A DNA stretch of 37,584 nt. Origin: Myxococcota bacterium (lineage in GTDB: Bacteria; Myxococcota; JACRCW01). The notes beneath the pieces were generated by a model. It searched no databases. It was not told where the DNA came from and saw only the letters and a program-made list of their open reading frames with translations. The translations under genes were made by a program, and so were the position numbers. Shown piece after piece: positions 9,886 to 18,404 of the stretch (within the stretch, counting starts at the first letter, position 1; every line of letters starts with the position of its first letter). The stretch lies in contig JBFMGU010000061.1 of the NCBI GenBank assembly GCA_040752415.1, positions 8,104 through 45,687 of the forward strand. The letters are read 5' to 3'.

Positions 9886-11055
9886 ATGTTGCGCGTGGGC
9901 GTGGGACACAGCGACGACATCGACGTCGTGGACGCCATCCGCGAGGCGCTGGCGCAGTGCGAGCAGCAGCTGGCCGGGGCCAGGCCCAAGGTGGCGCTGG
10001 TGTTTGCCGGCAGTGAGCTGGAGCACCAGGTCATCCTCGACGAGGTGCACACGCGCCACCCCGGCCTCCCGCTGATTGGCGGCACCTCCGTGGGGGAGCT
10101 CTCCTCGCTCTCGCCGCACCGGGATGACTCGGTGGTGCTGGTGATGCTGGCTTCCGACGTCATGGAGTTCGGCGTGGGGCTGGGGCGCGGGGCAACCCGG
10201 GCGCCCGGGGAGGCGGCGCGCGCCGCGGTGGAGATGGCCCGCCGCGGAATGACGACGGAGCCGCGGCTGTGCATTGCCGTGCCGGAGGCGGTGCAGGCCA
10301 ACCCGTCCGAGCAGATTGAGGGCTTGAAGGCGGCGCTGGGCGCGGACTTCCCGGTCTTTGGCGGTGCCGCGGCCACCACGCTGGCGCGCACCACGCCGGC
10401 CCGGCACTTCTTTGGCGACGAGGTGCTGGAGGACGCGCTCACCGTGCTCCTGGTGGGCGGGGAGGTGCGCTTCTCCCACGGCATGGCCTGCGGGTGGACG
10501 CCCATTGGTGCGCGCCACAAGCTCACGCGCGCGGAAGGCAACGTGGTCTTCGAGATCGACGGGCAGCCCGCCAGTGAGCTGTACACCAGCTACGTGGGCC
10601 GCGCGGGCGACGAGCTGGGCGTGCTCTTCAACTACCACCCGCTCGCCATCTTCGAGGACGGCGCCGACCGCTTCTACCTGCGCGCGCCCTTCGCGCGGGG
10701 GGAGGTGCCGGGAAGCATCATCTGCGCGGGAGCGGTCCCGCAGGGAGCCACCGTGCAGCTCACCGAGTACCAGCGCTCCACCGTGGTGGAGGCGGCGGCG
10801 GACTCCGCGCGCCAGGCGGTCAGCGCGTACGGTCCGGGGACGCCCTCCTTCGCGCTCATCTTCAACTGCGCGCTGCGCAAGAGCACGCTGGGGAGCTGGA
10901 CGGAGAAGGAGTACCAGACGCTGCGCGCGGAGCTCCCGCCGGACGTGCCCATGCTGGGCTACTACAGCTACGGAGAGTGCGCGCCGCTGGGGGCCGGCAG
11001 CGAGGTGCGCATCTACAACGGCACCTTCGTCACGCTGCTGCTGGGGTCGCCATGA
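9886..11055 (+). CDS. FIST N/C-domain sensor protein (NosP-like)
   Basis: Motifs LIGGTSVGEL, PVFGGAA, GWTPIG, FNCALR and GYYSYGE...NGT. GGAGGAG RBS before ATG 9886. Confidence 0.9.
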   Translation: MLRVGVGHSDDIDVVDAIREALAQCEQQLAGARPKVALVFAGSELEHQVILDEVHTRHPGLPLIGGTSVGELSSLSPHRDDSVVLVMLASDVMEFGVGLGRGATRAPGEAARAAVEMARRGMTTEPRLCIAVPEAVQANPSEQIEGLKAALGADFPVFGGAAATTLARTTPARHFFGDEVLEDALTVLLVGGEVRFSHGMACGWTPIGARHKLTRAEGNVVFEIDGQPASELYTSYVGRAGDELGVLFNYHPLAIFEDGADRFYLRAPFARGEVPGSIICAGAVPQGATVQLTEYQRSTVVEAAADSARQAVSAYGPGTPSFALIFNCALRKSTLGSWTEKEYQTLRAELPPDVPMLGYYSYGECAPLGAGSEVRIYNGTFVTLLLGSP

Positions 11056-11903
11056 CCGACGCCACCGACGAGCTGCGTCGCATGGACAAGGAGATCCGCG
11101 CGCTGCGTCGCAAGCTGCACCGCGCGGAGGAGGAGCGCCGGGTGCTGGAGGTGGTCAATGACCAGAACCAGTCCCTCTTGCGCGCCATCCACGCCGAGGT
11201 GGAGCGGAGCCGCGCGGTGATTGAGCGGCAGAACGAGCAGCTGCGCGCCTTGTATGAGCAGATTGTGGCCGAGCAGAAGGTGAGCGAGTCCCTGCTCCTC
11301 AACATCCTGCCCCGCCCCATCGCGGAGCGCCTCAAGGCCCGCGCCGACGTCATTGCCGACACCTTCCCCGAGGTCACCGTGCTGTTCGCGGACATCGTGG
11401 GATTCACCAGGCTGTCCGCCACGGTGAGCCCGGAAGAGCTGGTGGTGATGCTGAACGCCATCTTCACGGAGTTCGACGAGCTGGCGGACCGTCACGGCCT
11501 GGAGAAGATCAAGACCATTGGCGACGCGTACATGGCCGCAGCCGGCCTGCCCGAGCCCCGCGCCAACCACGCCGAGTGCGCCGCGCGCCTGGCGCTGGAC
11601 ATGATTGCCGCCCTGGAGCGCTTCAACCGCACCCAGCACGCCGAGCTGCAGGTGCGCATTGGCCTCAACACCGGCGCGGTGGTGGCCGGCGTCATTGGCA
11701 AGCGCAAGTTCATCTACGACCTGTGGGGCGACGCCGTGAACACCGCGAGCCGCATGGAGTCCCACGGGCTCGCCGGGCGGGTGCAGATGACGGACACCAC
11801 GCGCATGCGCCTGCCGGACTCCTTCCGCGTGGAGGAGCGCGGCGTCATCGACGTCAAGGGGAAGGGTCCGCTGCGCACCTGGTTGCTCGTTGCGGCGGAG
11901 TGA
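11052..11903 (+). CDS. Class III nucleotide cyclase (adenylate-type) with N-terminal coiled coil
   Basis: Motifs VLFADIVGFT, KIKTIGDAYM and YDLWGDAVNTASRMES; the Lys/Asp specificity residues are the ATP type. The start overlaps the FIST stop (ATGA, 11052-11055). Confidence 0.92.
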   Translation: MTDATDELRRMDKEIRALRRKLHRAEEERRVLEVVNDQNQSLLRAIHAEVERSRAVIERQNEQLRALYEQIVAEQKVSESLLLNILPRPIAERLKARADVIADTFPEVTVLFADIVGFTRLSATVSPEELVVMLNAIFTEFDELADRHGLEKIKTIGDAYMAAAGLPEPRANHAECAARLALDMIAALERFNRTQHAELQVRIGLNTGAVVAGVIGKRKFIYDLWGDAVNTASRMESHGLAGRVQMTDTTRMRLPDSFRVEERGVIDVKGKGPLRTWLLVAAE

Positions 11904-11908
11904 GCGCG

Positions 11909-12610
11909 CTACTCCAACGTGCAGCTGGAATCGCCGCTGACGTCGACCTGCTTGACGGTGGGGTTGCCCCAGATGCGCACCGTGGAGCGGCCGGAGATCT
12001 CCACGTTGAGCTCGTCGGTCACGCACACTTCCGCCTCGGTGCCACCGGAGACCTGCAGCGTGCCGTCCACCACCACCAGCGGCTTGAGCAGCGCGCGCAC
12101 CGTCGAGAGCTGGAACACCGCGGTGCGGGCCGTGCCCGACAACGTCACCAGCGACGCGGCGGAGGCCACCACCCGCAACGCGTCGGCGTCCACCTCCTTC
12201 ACCGCGACGGTGGAAGCGCCGCTGGCCATCACCTCCAGGCGCGAACGGTAGGCGGAGGTGGCGGTGACCTGCGCCCCGCCGAAGCCACCCACGAATCCCA
12301 GCGTGGGCGTCCTGATCTCCACGTGCACCTCGCGCGTGGGGAGCAGCGTGACGTTGGAGTCCACCTCGGTGACCAGCTTGCCGTCGCGCACCACGGTGCG
12401 GATGGCATCCAGGATGTTGCCTTCCCCGGACATCCGCACGGATTTCGGCCCCAGCGTCACCGTGGCCACCACGCCGTGACCGAGATCCACCCCCGTGAAG
12501 TCGTCGACCGTCCGGCGCTGCTCCGTCTCCGTGCCATCTCCGGGCAGGTAGAACGTGCAGCCGCTGAGCACGACGAGAGCGGCAGCCGCCAAAGCGTGAA
12601 ATGCGCGCAT
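11909..12610 (-). CDS. Lipoprotein with head GIN (DUF2807)-like domain
   Basis: Lipobox VLSGC. The GDG...EQRRTVDDFTGV...ISGRSTVRIWGNP...VSG pattern is typical of this family. GAGG RBS before ATG 12610. Confidence 0.8.
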   Translation of the reverse strand: MRAFHALAAAALVVLSGCTFYLPGDGTETEQRRTVDDFTGVDLGHGVVATVTLGPKSVRMSGEGNILDAIRTVVRDGKLVTEVDSNVTLLPTREVHVEIRTPTLGFVGGFGGAQVTATSAYRSRLEVMASGASTVAVKEVDADALRVVASAASLVTLSGTARTAVFQLSTVRALLKPLVVVDGTLQVSGGTEAEVCVTDELNVEISGRSTVRIWGNPTVKQVDVSGDSSCTLE

Positions 12611-12821
12611 GGCACACCTCCGCCGTCGGAAACAGCAACGTCGGTGCCAGCGCGTCAGGCGCAATGGGACGAGGACGTGCGAAGTGATTGCGCCTGCGGT
12701 GCGCGTGGTCGCGTGGCCCACCGTTCGCGGGTTGTGTTCGGTGGTTTCCCCGGAAGCACGGCACGCCCACGACGGCAGGCGCGGTTGGCGTGGGCCCGGT
12801 GGCTGCGGCAAGGTACCGCCC

Positions 12822-13673
12822 GTGTCGACCACCCGTTACACCGTGAAGATCACCCTGCCGCGCGGCGCTTCCGACCAGGACGCCTACCGTGCGCTGGACG
12901 TGCTGCAATCCCTGGACGCGGTGACGCTGGACCTCCGCGACGACGTGGACCCTCCCGTGGTGGCCGCGGCCATCGACGCTGCCGACGGGTGGCGGCTGGC
13001 GGCGCGGGTGCGGGAGGCGTTCAGCCTGGCCAGCGGGGCGCGCGTGAGCGTGCAACGGACGCGCATGCTGGACTGGGATAGCACCTGGGACGCCCGGCTG
13101 CGACCGGTGCAGGTGGGCCCCCTGTGGCTGTTGCCGCCTGGCGAGCGCGCCCCGTCGGGAGCGGAGCACGTGCTGCACCTGGACGTGGGAGCGGCCTTTG
13201 GCACCGGGCTCCATCCCACCACCGCGCTGTGCCTGGAGTACCTCGTGGAGCTGGCGCCGGTGCCGGAGATCCTCGACGTGGGAACCGGGAGCGGTGTGCT
13301 GGCGTTGGCCGCGCTGGTCCTGGGTGCGCCGCGCGCCGTGGCCACCGACACCGATCCCGCCGCGCTGGCCGCGGCCGAGGCCAACGCGCGCGCCAACCGG
13401 CTCACGCGCAAGCTCACGCTGCTGGACACGCCGCTGCCCCCGACGGGCGAGCAGTTCCCGCTGGTGGTGGCCAACATCCTGGCGCCCACGCTGGTGGAGC
13501 TGGCGCCGGAGCTGGTGCGGCGGGTGAAGCACGGGGGGACGCTGCTGCTCTCCGGCATCCGCGCCAGCCAGGCCGACGACGTCACCCGCGTCTACCGTCG
13601 GCTCGGCGCGCGCCCGCTGCCCCGCCGGGAGCGGGAGGACTGGGTGCTGCTCCAGCTTGCGTCGCCGTGGTGA
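12822..13673 (+). CDS. prmA: 50S ribosomal protein L11 methyltransferase (PrmA family)
   Basis: Motifs AFGTGLHPTT, LDVGTGSGVLA, VANILA and LLSGI. The GTG start at 12822 is an estimate. Confidence 0.8.
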   Translation: MSTTRYTVKITLPRGASDQDAYRALDVLQSLDAVTLDLRDDVDPPVVAAAIDAADGWRLAARVREAFSLASGARVSVQRTRMLDWDSTWDARLRPVQVGPLWLLPPGERAPSGAEHVLHLDVGAAFGTGLHPTTALCLEYLVELAPVPEILDVGTGSGVLALAALVLGAPRAVATDTDPAALAAAEANARANRLTRKLTLLDTPLPPTGEQFPLVVANILAPTLVELAPELVRRVKHGGTLLLSGIRASQADDVTRVYRRLGARPLPRREREDWVLLQLASPW

Positions 13674-13778
13674 GCGCGAGCGGTGCCGCGGACAATCTCC
13701 GTCGGTGGCGTGGTCGGGCCGGTGACTCTATGACCGGATGAGCGACGGAGGACGCCGAAGACTTCCGTCGTGGAGTCC

Positions 13779-15734
13779 ATGACGAAGCGCGCCCCCACCA
13801 CACCCGAGCAACGCCTGCTGCACACCAAGGTGCTGGTCCAGCTGCATGACCTCCACGACGCCGAGGCCACGGTGGTGGAGGTGCTGGACGACGTGCCGGA
13901 TGACCTCACCGCGCTCAGCCTGTACGCGAAGATCAAGCACATGCGCGGGGAGCTGAGCGCGGCCATGGCGTGCTGGGCGCAGATCAACGCGCGCTCTCCG
14001 CACCACGAGTGGGCGCTGACCCACCTGCAGGCCATCATGCACCTGGCGCGTGACCCGGAGCGCGGCGCCGAGGAGTTCATGGCGCTGGGGCAGTTCCAGC
14101 TCATCCGCAAGTCCGCCGCGCACCTGGCCCTGGAGGAGGCCTTCCGTCTCTTCCTGGCCCGCAAGCCCCACGACGCACGTGCGCGTTGCGCCAGCCTGGC
14201 GGCCAAGTACGAGTCCCGTGACCGCGACATCTACAAGCTGGCGGTGCTGGCCAACGCGTGGATTGCCGAGCTGTCCGGGGAGTTCCACGCCGCGGCGGTG
14301 ATCCTGGAGCGGCTGGGCACCGAGCGCGGCTTCGAGACGGACATTGACCGCATCCTGGCCCTGGAGCGCGTCTACGAGCGGCTGGGCACGCGCGACAAGC
14401 TGCAGGCGGCGGTCAACATCTGCCATCACCTGGCGGGCCGCTTCGAGAAGATCAGCGTCTTCCAGCGCCTGGCCATCCTCTACCGTCGCCTGGGCGAGAC
14501 CGAGCGCGCGCGGGAGTACGACGCGCGACACCTGGCGGCGTTCCGTCGTCGCATGCACCAGGTGACGTTGGCGGAGGTCACGGAGGTGGCCGCGGAGAGA
14601 TACCTGCCGTTGATGCGCCTGGCCCCGCTGCGCCTGGCCGACCGCGAGCTGCCCCGCAACGCTTCCCGTCGCCAACATGCGCTGGCCCACGCGCTGCTGG
14701 GTGAGCCTGACCGCGCGCGCAGCCTGTTTGCCGAGGGCGGCGAGGGGCTGGACCTGCGCTACCTGGGTGACCTGGCGGTGCTGGCGCACCATCCCGACGA
14801 CGCGGTGCAGGCCTACCTCCGCGCGCTCAAGCAGGATGGCCCCGACGAGCAGGTGCTGGCCTGGCTGCTGGACCACCACGCGCGCACCGGCTCCCCGTCG
14901 GTGGAGGCATTCTTCGCCAACCCGGAGAACGCGGCGCGCGGCCGCAAGGTGCTGGAGGAGGCGGTGCGGCGCGTGCCCCTGCGTCCCTCGCTGTGGCAGC
15001 AGCTGGGGGCGTTGCACCGTCTGCGCGGGGAGCTGGAGGACGCGGAGCGTTGCGCGCTGCACGCGGAGGCGTTGCGTCGCGCCGCGGGTGTCGACGGGGT
15101 TCCGGTGGGCCGCGTGCTGGCCAGCGCGGTGTATCACTTTGGCGGCAAGCCCAAGGGGCTCATCCACGAGGTGTGGGCGGGACGTCAGCCCACCGGCAAG
15201 GGCCAGGGCGGCTGGCTGGCGCCGCAGGACGTGCTGGGCAATCTCACCACGGAGATGCGTGAGGGCGTGCGCAACACGTTCCTGGCGGTGCGCGAGTACG
15301 CCCGCGCCAAGCTCCCCCACCTCACCACCGACATCCTGGACTACCACTACAGCTACAAGCTGCCGAAGGAGGACGAGACCAGCGGCGGGCTGTCCGCGGG
15401 TCTGCCCACCGCGCTGGCGTTCCTCAGCGTCTTCATCCAGCGCCCGGTGCCGCAGGACGTGGCGGCCAGCGGCGTGCTGGTGGCCGACGCCCACGACGTG
15501 CTCACCGTCATGCCGGTGGGGGAGGCGGAGTACAAGGTGAAGGCCGCCTGCCACCGCAACCTGCGCGCGCTCCTGCTCCCCACGGGTTGTCGCGCGGGGC
15601 TGGTGGAGAACACCGCGGTGCCGCCGGCGATTGTCGACGAGGTGGTGCGCTACGTGGGCAACCTGGACCAGGCGGTGCGGCTGGTGTTCGGGGAGGACAT
15701 CTTCGTCCCGCCACGTCGGACGGGCGGCGCCTGA
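13779..15734 (+). CDS. Helical-repeat (TPR-like) protein with C-terminal Lon (S16) protease domain and no AAA+ module
   Basis: The C-terminus SGGLSAGLPTALAFLS...VAASG...MPVG...YKVKAA...LLLP aligns by eye with Lon DGPSAG...AMTG...LPIGG..EKLLAA...VLIP. The N-terminal ~450 aa is helical with TPR-like patterns and has no Walker A motif. Confidence 0.8.
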   Translation: MTKRAPTTPEQRLLHTKVLVQLHDLHDAEATVVEVLDDVPDDLTALSLYAKIKHMRGELSAAMACWAQINARSPHHEWALTHLQAIMHLARDPERGAEEFMALGQFQLIRKSAAHLALEEAFRLFLARKPHDARARCASLAAKYESRDRDIYKLAVLANAWIAELSGEFHAAAVILERLGTERGFETDIDRILALERVYERLGTRDKLQAAVNICHHLAGRFEKISVFQRLAILYRRLGETERAREYDARHLAAFRRRMHQVTLAEVTEVAAERYLPLMRLAPLRLADRELPRNASRRQHALAHALLGEPDRARSLFAEGGEGLDLRYLGDLAVLAHHPDDAVQAYLRALKQDGPDEQVLAWLLDHHARTGSPSVEAFFANPENAARGRKVLEEAVRRVPLRPSLWQQLGALHRLRGELEDAERCALHAEALRRAAGVDGVPVGRVLASAVYHFGGKPKGLIHEVWAGRQPTGKGQGGWLAPQDVLGNLTTEMREGVRNTFLAVREYARAKLPHLTTDILDYHYSYKLPKEDETSGGLSAGLPTALAFLSVFIQRPVPQDVAASGVLVADAHDVLTVMPVGEAEYKVKAACHRNLRALLLPTGCRAGLVENTAVPPAIVDEVVRYVGNLDQAVRLVFGEDIFVPPRRTGGA

Positions 15735-15737
15735 AGG

Positions 15738-16046
15738 TCAGCCGGAGGAAGGCAGCGGCCCGCGCGCCAGCAGGCCGTCGACGAACGCCAGGAAGCCCGC
15801 GGAGATGGAGCCCTTGCGCGCAAAGCGGGCCACCGCCTTGAGCTGGCCGCGCAGCTGGTCCACCTCTTCTGGCGGCATGCCGCGGGTGCGTCGCGTGACC
15901 GCGGCCATGGAGCGCCGGGCCCACTCGGTGTCCACCACCTTCTCCCCGCTCAGCTCCAGGAACGCGGCGCAGTGCACCACCACCGCCACCACGCGGTCCA
16001 CGTCGGCGTCCTGGGGCAGCTGCGGGAGCACCAGCGCGCCTGGCAT
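15738..16046 (-). CDS. Small helical hypothetical protein
   Basis: The ORF fills the gap and converges on the Lon-domain gene with only 3 nt between stops. Codon usage is GC3-rich. The start is uncertain (16046 or 16091/16094). Confidence 0.55.
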   Translation of the reverse strand: MPGALVLPQLPQDADVDRVVAVVVHCAAFLELSGEKVVDTEWARRSMAAVTRRTRGMPPEEVDQLRGQLKAVARFARKGSISAGFLAFVDGLLARGPLPSSG

Positions 16047-16276
16047 GTCCGGAGCCAAAGCGAATTCGCCGCTCGGTTCGCCACCGTGCATCACGCTCCT
16101 TTGCCGGATTTCGGTCGTGGCCGCTTCGACGGTGAGGCCGGGCGGCCCCGGGGAGGCGCGTGGACTCGCGCAGTCCCCCCGTGGATGCGCGGCAATCTAC
16201 GCCGTGGATCCGCGCGCACCATCCGCCGGGAAACCGAGTCGCCCCGACGGAGGATCGGTCAGGAGGACGACCCCGC

Positions 16277-16326
16277 AAAAGCGCGACGGCGGGAGAGCTC
16301 CGGGAAAGAGAGCCCGCCCGCCGTCG
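16277..16326 (-). terminator. Possible intrinsic terminator after the hsp20/GLSHT operon
   Basis: A 10-bp stem, cgacggcggg (16284-16293) / cccgccgtcg (16317-16326), lies 20 nt past the stop. On the minus strand it is followed by cgcTTTT. The U-tract is short and the loop is large. Confidence 0.35.
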
Positions 16327-16346
16327 TCACCGCACGCCCTGCGAGG

Positions 16347-17327
16347 TCAGATCAGACCACTACCGTTCACCGGGATGGGCGAGAACGCGTAGGGGAAGGT
16401 CTGCGCCACGCGGGTGACCCAGGACGGGTCGGAGAGGATGCCCACGTCGGGGGTGGTGTGGCTCAGCCCGCCCACGCCCACGTTCTGCAGGCCCGCGAGG
16501 CCCACGCCATAGCCCTGCTGGCCGAGCAGGCTGGTGGTGATGGGAGAGAAGCCGGTGTGGCTCAGCCCGCCGAGGAACGAGGGGATGCCCACGCCCTGGC
16601 CGGCCCACTGCTGCGGGGTGTAGCCCTGCTGCCCGACGAGGTTGGCGAGGAGCGGGTTGATGAACGGGCTCACGCCGGTGTGGCTCAGCCCGCCCATGAT
16701 GCCCGGCTGGACGGTGAAGCCCGGCTGGCCGTACTGGGCCATCTGCGGCACCACGCCCAGCTGGCCCACCAGCGCGGCCAGCGGATTCACCTGGGGAGCA
16801 AACCCGGTGTGGCTCAGGCCACCCATGCCGCCCCACTGCTGGCCCAGCATCATCGGGTTGTAGCCCTGCTGCCCGACGAGGCCGCTGATGAACGGGTTGA
16901 AGACCGGGCTGATGCCGGTGTGGCTCAGGCCGCCCATCATGGTCATCAGCGGGTTGTAGGCCTGCTGCGCCACAAAGGGGTTGTAGCCCTGCTGTCCGAC
17001 GATGTTGGCGAGCAGCGGGTTGAAGAACGGGGTGACGCCGGTGTGGCTCAGCCCGCCCACGCCCCACGGCTGGCCCAGGCCCTGCTGGGCGATCAGGGGG
17101 TTGATGCCCTGGCCGTAGTACGCGGCCACGTTCTGCAGCGGGCTGATGCCGGTGGTGTGGCTGAACCCGGGCTGGCCGTAGATGCCAGCCTGCGGAACGC
17201 CCACGCCCGTCGGCGTGGACTGCACGCCGTGCACGCTGAGCCGCAGCTGGTGCAACGCGTCGATGGTCTGGTTGATGCGGTCGTTGAGCAACTGCAGCTT
17301 GCGGATGTCAACCTTGGCGGTCTCCAT
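16347..17327 (-). CDS. Low-complexity G/Q/P-rich protein with seven G(L/F)SHT repeats and an N-terminal amphipathic helix (326 aa)
   Basis: ATG 17327 follows an AAGGGG RBS. The protein starts METAKVDIRKLQLLNDRINQTIDAL. The motif DNA gtgtggct(c/g)a recurs at 16456, 16555, 16678, 16807, 16918, 17041 and 17155. Confidence 0.85.
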   Translation of the reverse strand: METAKVDIRKLQLLNDRINQTIDALHQLRLSVHGVQSTPTGVGVPQAGIYGQPGFSHTTGISPLQNVAAYYGQGINPLIAQQGLGQPWGVGGLSHTGVTPFFNPLLANIVGQQGYNPFVAQQAYNPLMTMMGGLSHTGISPVFNPFISGLVGQQGYNPMMLGQQWGGMGGLSHTGFAPQVNPLAALVGQLGVVPQMAQYGQPGFTVQPGIMGGLSHTGVSPFINPLLANLVGQQGYTPQQWAGQGVGIPSFLGGLSHTGFSPITTSLLGQQGYGVGLAGLQNVGVGGLSHTTPDVGILSDPSWVTRVAQTFPYAFSPIPVNGSGLI

Positions 17328-17395
17328 GTGTTGTTTCCCCTTGTGTGCGGGTGGGTTGTGTTGGCTTCCCCGCATGTTGAAGAGCTGTGGATGGT

Positions 17396-17914
17396 TCACT
17401 GGACCGGAACGCTCCGGTGGGCGGCCGTGCCGCGCGGCACGTGGATCACCAGCACGCCGTCGCTGAGCTCGGCGCTGAGCTGCTCGGCCGCGGTGCCGGG
17501 CGGCAGCGGCACCACGCGTCGGAAGCTGCCCACCGGGCGCTCCGAGTGGCGCACCTGGACGTTGTCCCCGACGGGAACCGCGGTGGGACGTTGCGCGGTG
17601 ATGAGCAGCATTCCCTGCGAGACGTTGACCGCCACCTGGTCCCGCGCCACGCCGGGCAGGTCCACGCACACCAGCGTCTCCTGCGCGCTCTCGGCCACGG
17701 TGATGGGCGGCGTCAGGGTGGGCGTGGCGGAGCTGCTGCCCACCGGCTGGCCCAGCAGCGCGCTGAGGCGCTCCATCTGTTCCTCCACGTGCTGCTGCGG
17801 GTTCTTCTCCGGCGGGATGGGCGCGTAGGGCGTGGCGGCGCTGGGTGGGTCCTGGCCCGTCACGTTGCGGTAGAGGCGCTCCACCTGCGCAATGGTCTCG
17901 TCGAGCTGGGTCAT
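17396..17914 (-). CDS. Small heat-shock protein (Hsp20/alpha-crystallin) with helical N-terminal extension
   Basis: Motifs VDLPGV, SERPVGSFRRVVPLP and AELSDGVLVIHVP, plus a C-terminal V-P-V (IxI-type) motif. GAGGG RBS before ATG 17914. Confidence 0.9.
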   Translation of the reverse strand: MTQLDETIAQVERLYRNVTGQDPPSAATPYAPIPPEKNPQQHVEEQMERLSALLGQPVGSSSATPTLTPPITVAESAQETLVCVDLPGVARDQVAVNVSQGMLLITAQRPTAVPVGDNVQVRHSERPVGSFRRVVPLPPGTAAEQLSAELSDGVLVIHVPRGTAAHRSVPVQ

Positions 17915-18112
17915 GGCAATGCCCTCACGGCGTCCTGCAACGCCGTCACACTCGTGGGATGCGTTTGGGTCTTGCGGCTGCTGCCCCGTTGTCAGGGGCG
18001 CGCTCGTAACCGGCGGGATCCGGCGTTCATTCCCGCGCCGGCGCGTTCCACCCGCCCGACGGGCAGGGGTCCACCGAGGCAACGTTTGGGGCACTTGTCC
18101 CGACGGAGCTCA

Positions 18113-18404
18113 GGGGCTGCGTCAGAACAAGATGCCCAGTGGGGTTGCAGACGTCGTGAGCGGACCACGACCTGGAGTGCGGCGGGCCCTCGCCGCCCTG
18201 GCCAGCGCCCAGCGCGTTCACAGCGGGCCGAACAGCGCAGGGACTCCATGACGTCGGGCGAGGCTTTGCCTCGTGGCGCTTGGAGCCTTGACGGTTGTCC
18301 AAACCGCTCGACGCTGACCAGGGCGGCGAGGGCCCGCCGCACTCCAGGTCGTGGTCCGCTGGAAGCGGTCAGGACCAGATGGGCAACTTATCTGACGCAG
18401 CCCC
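18113..18404. mobile_element. MITE-like non-autonomous element (292 bp) with internal REP-like inverted doublet
   Basis: Perfect 14-bp terminal inverted repeat GGGGCTGCGTCAGA (18113-18126) / TCTGACGCAGCCCC (18391-18404). TCA flanks both ends (18110-18112, 18405-18407). There is also an internal perfect 43-bp inverted repeat, 18159-18201 / 18318-18360. Confidence 0.7.

Noticed and set aside
16440..17170. Regularly spaced gtgtggctcag repeats as a possible CRISPR array
   Set aside because: The repeats are short, the spacings (99-129 nt) are all multiples of three, and they encode GLSHT in frame. No cas genes are present.
17328..17669. N-terminal extension of the 440-aa ORF call for the GLSHT protein
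   Set aside because: It overlaps hsp20 in another frame, and a good RBS and ATG exist at 17327.
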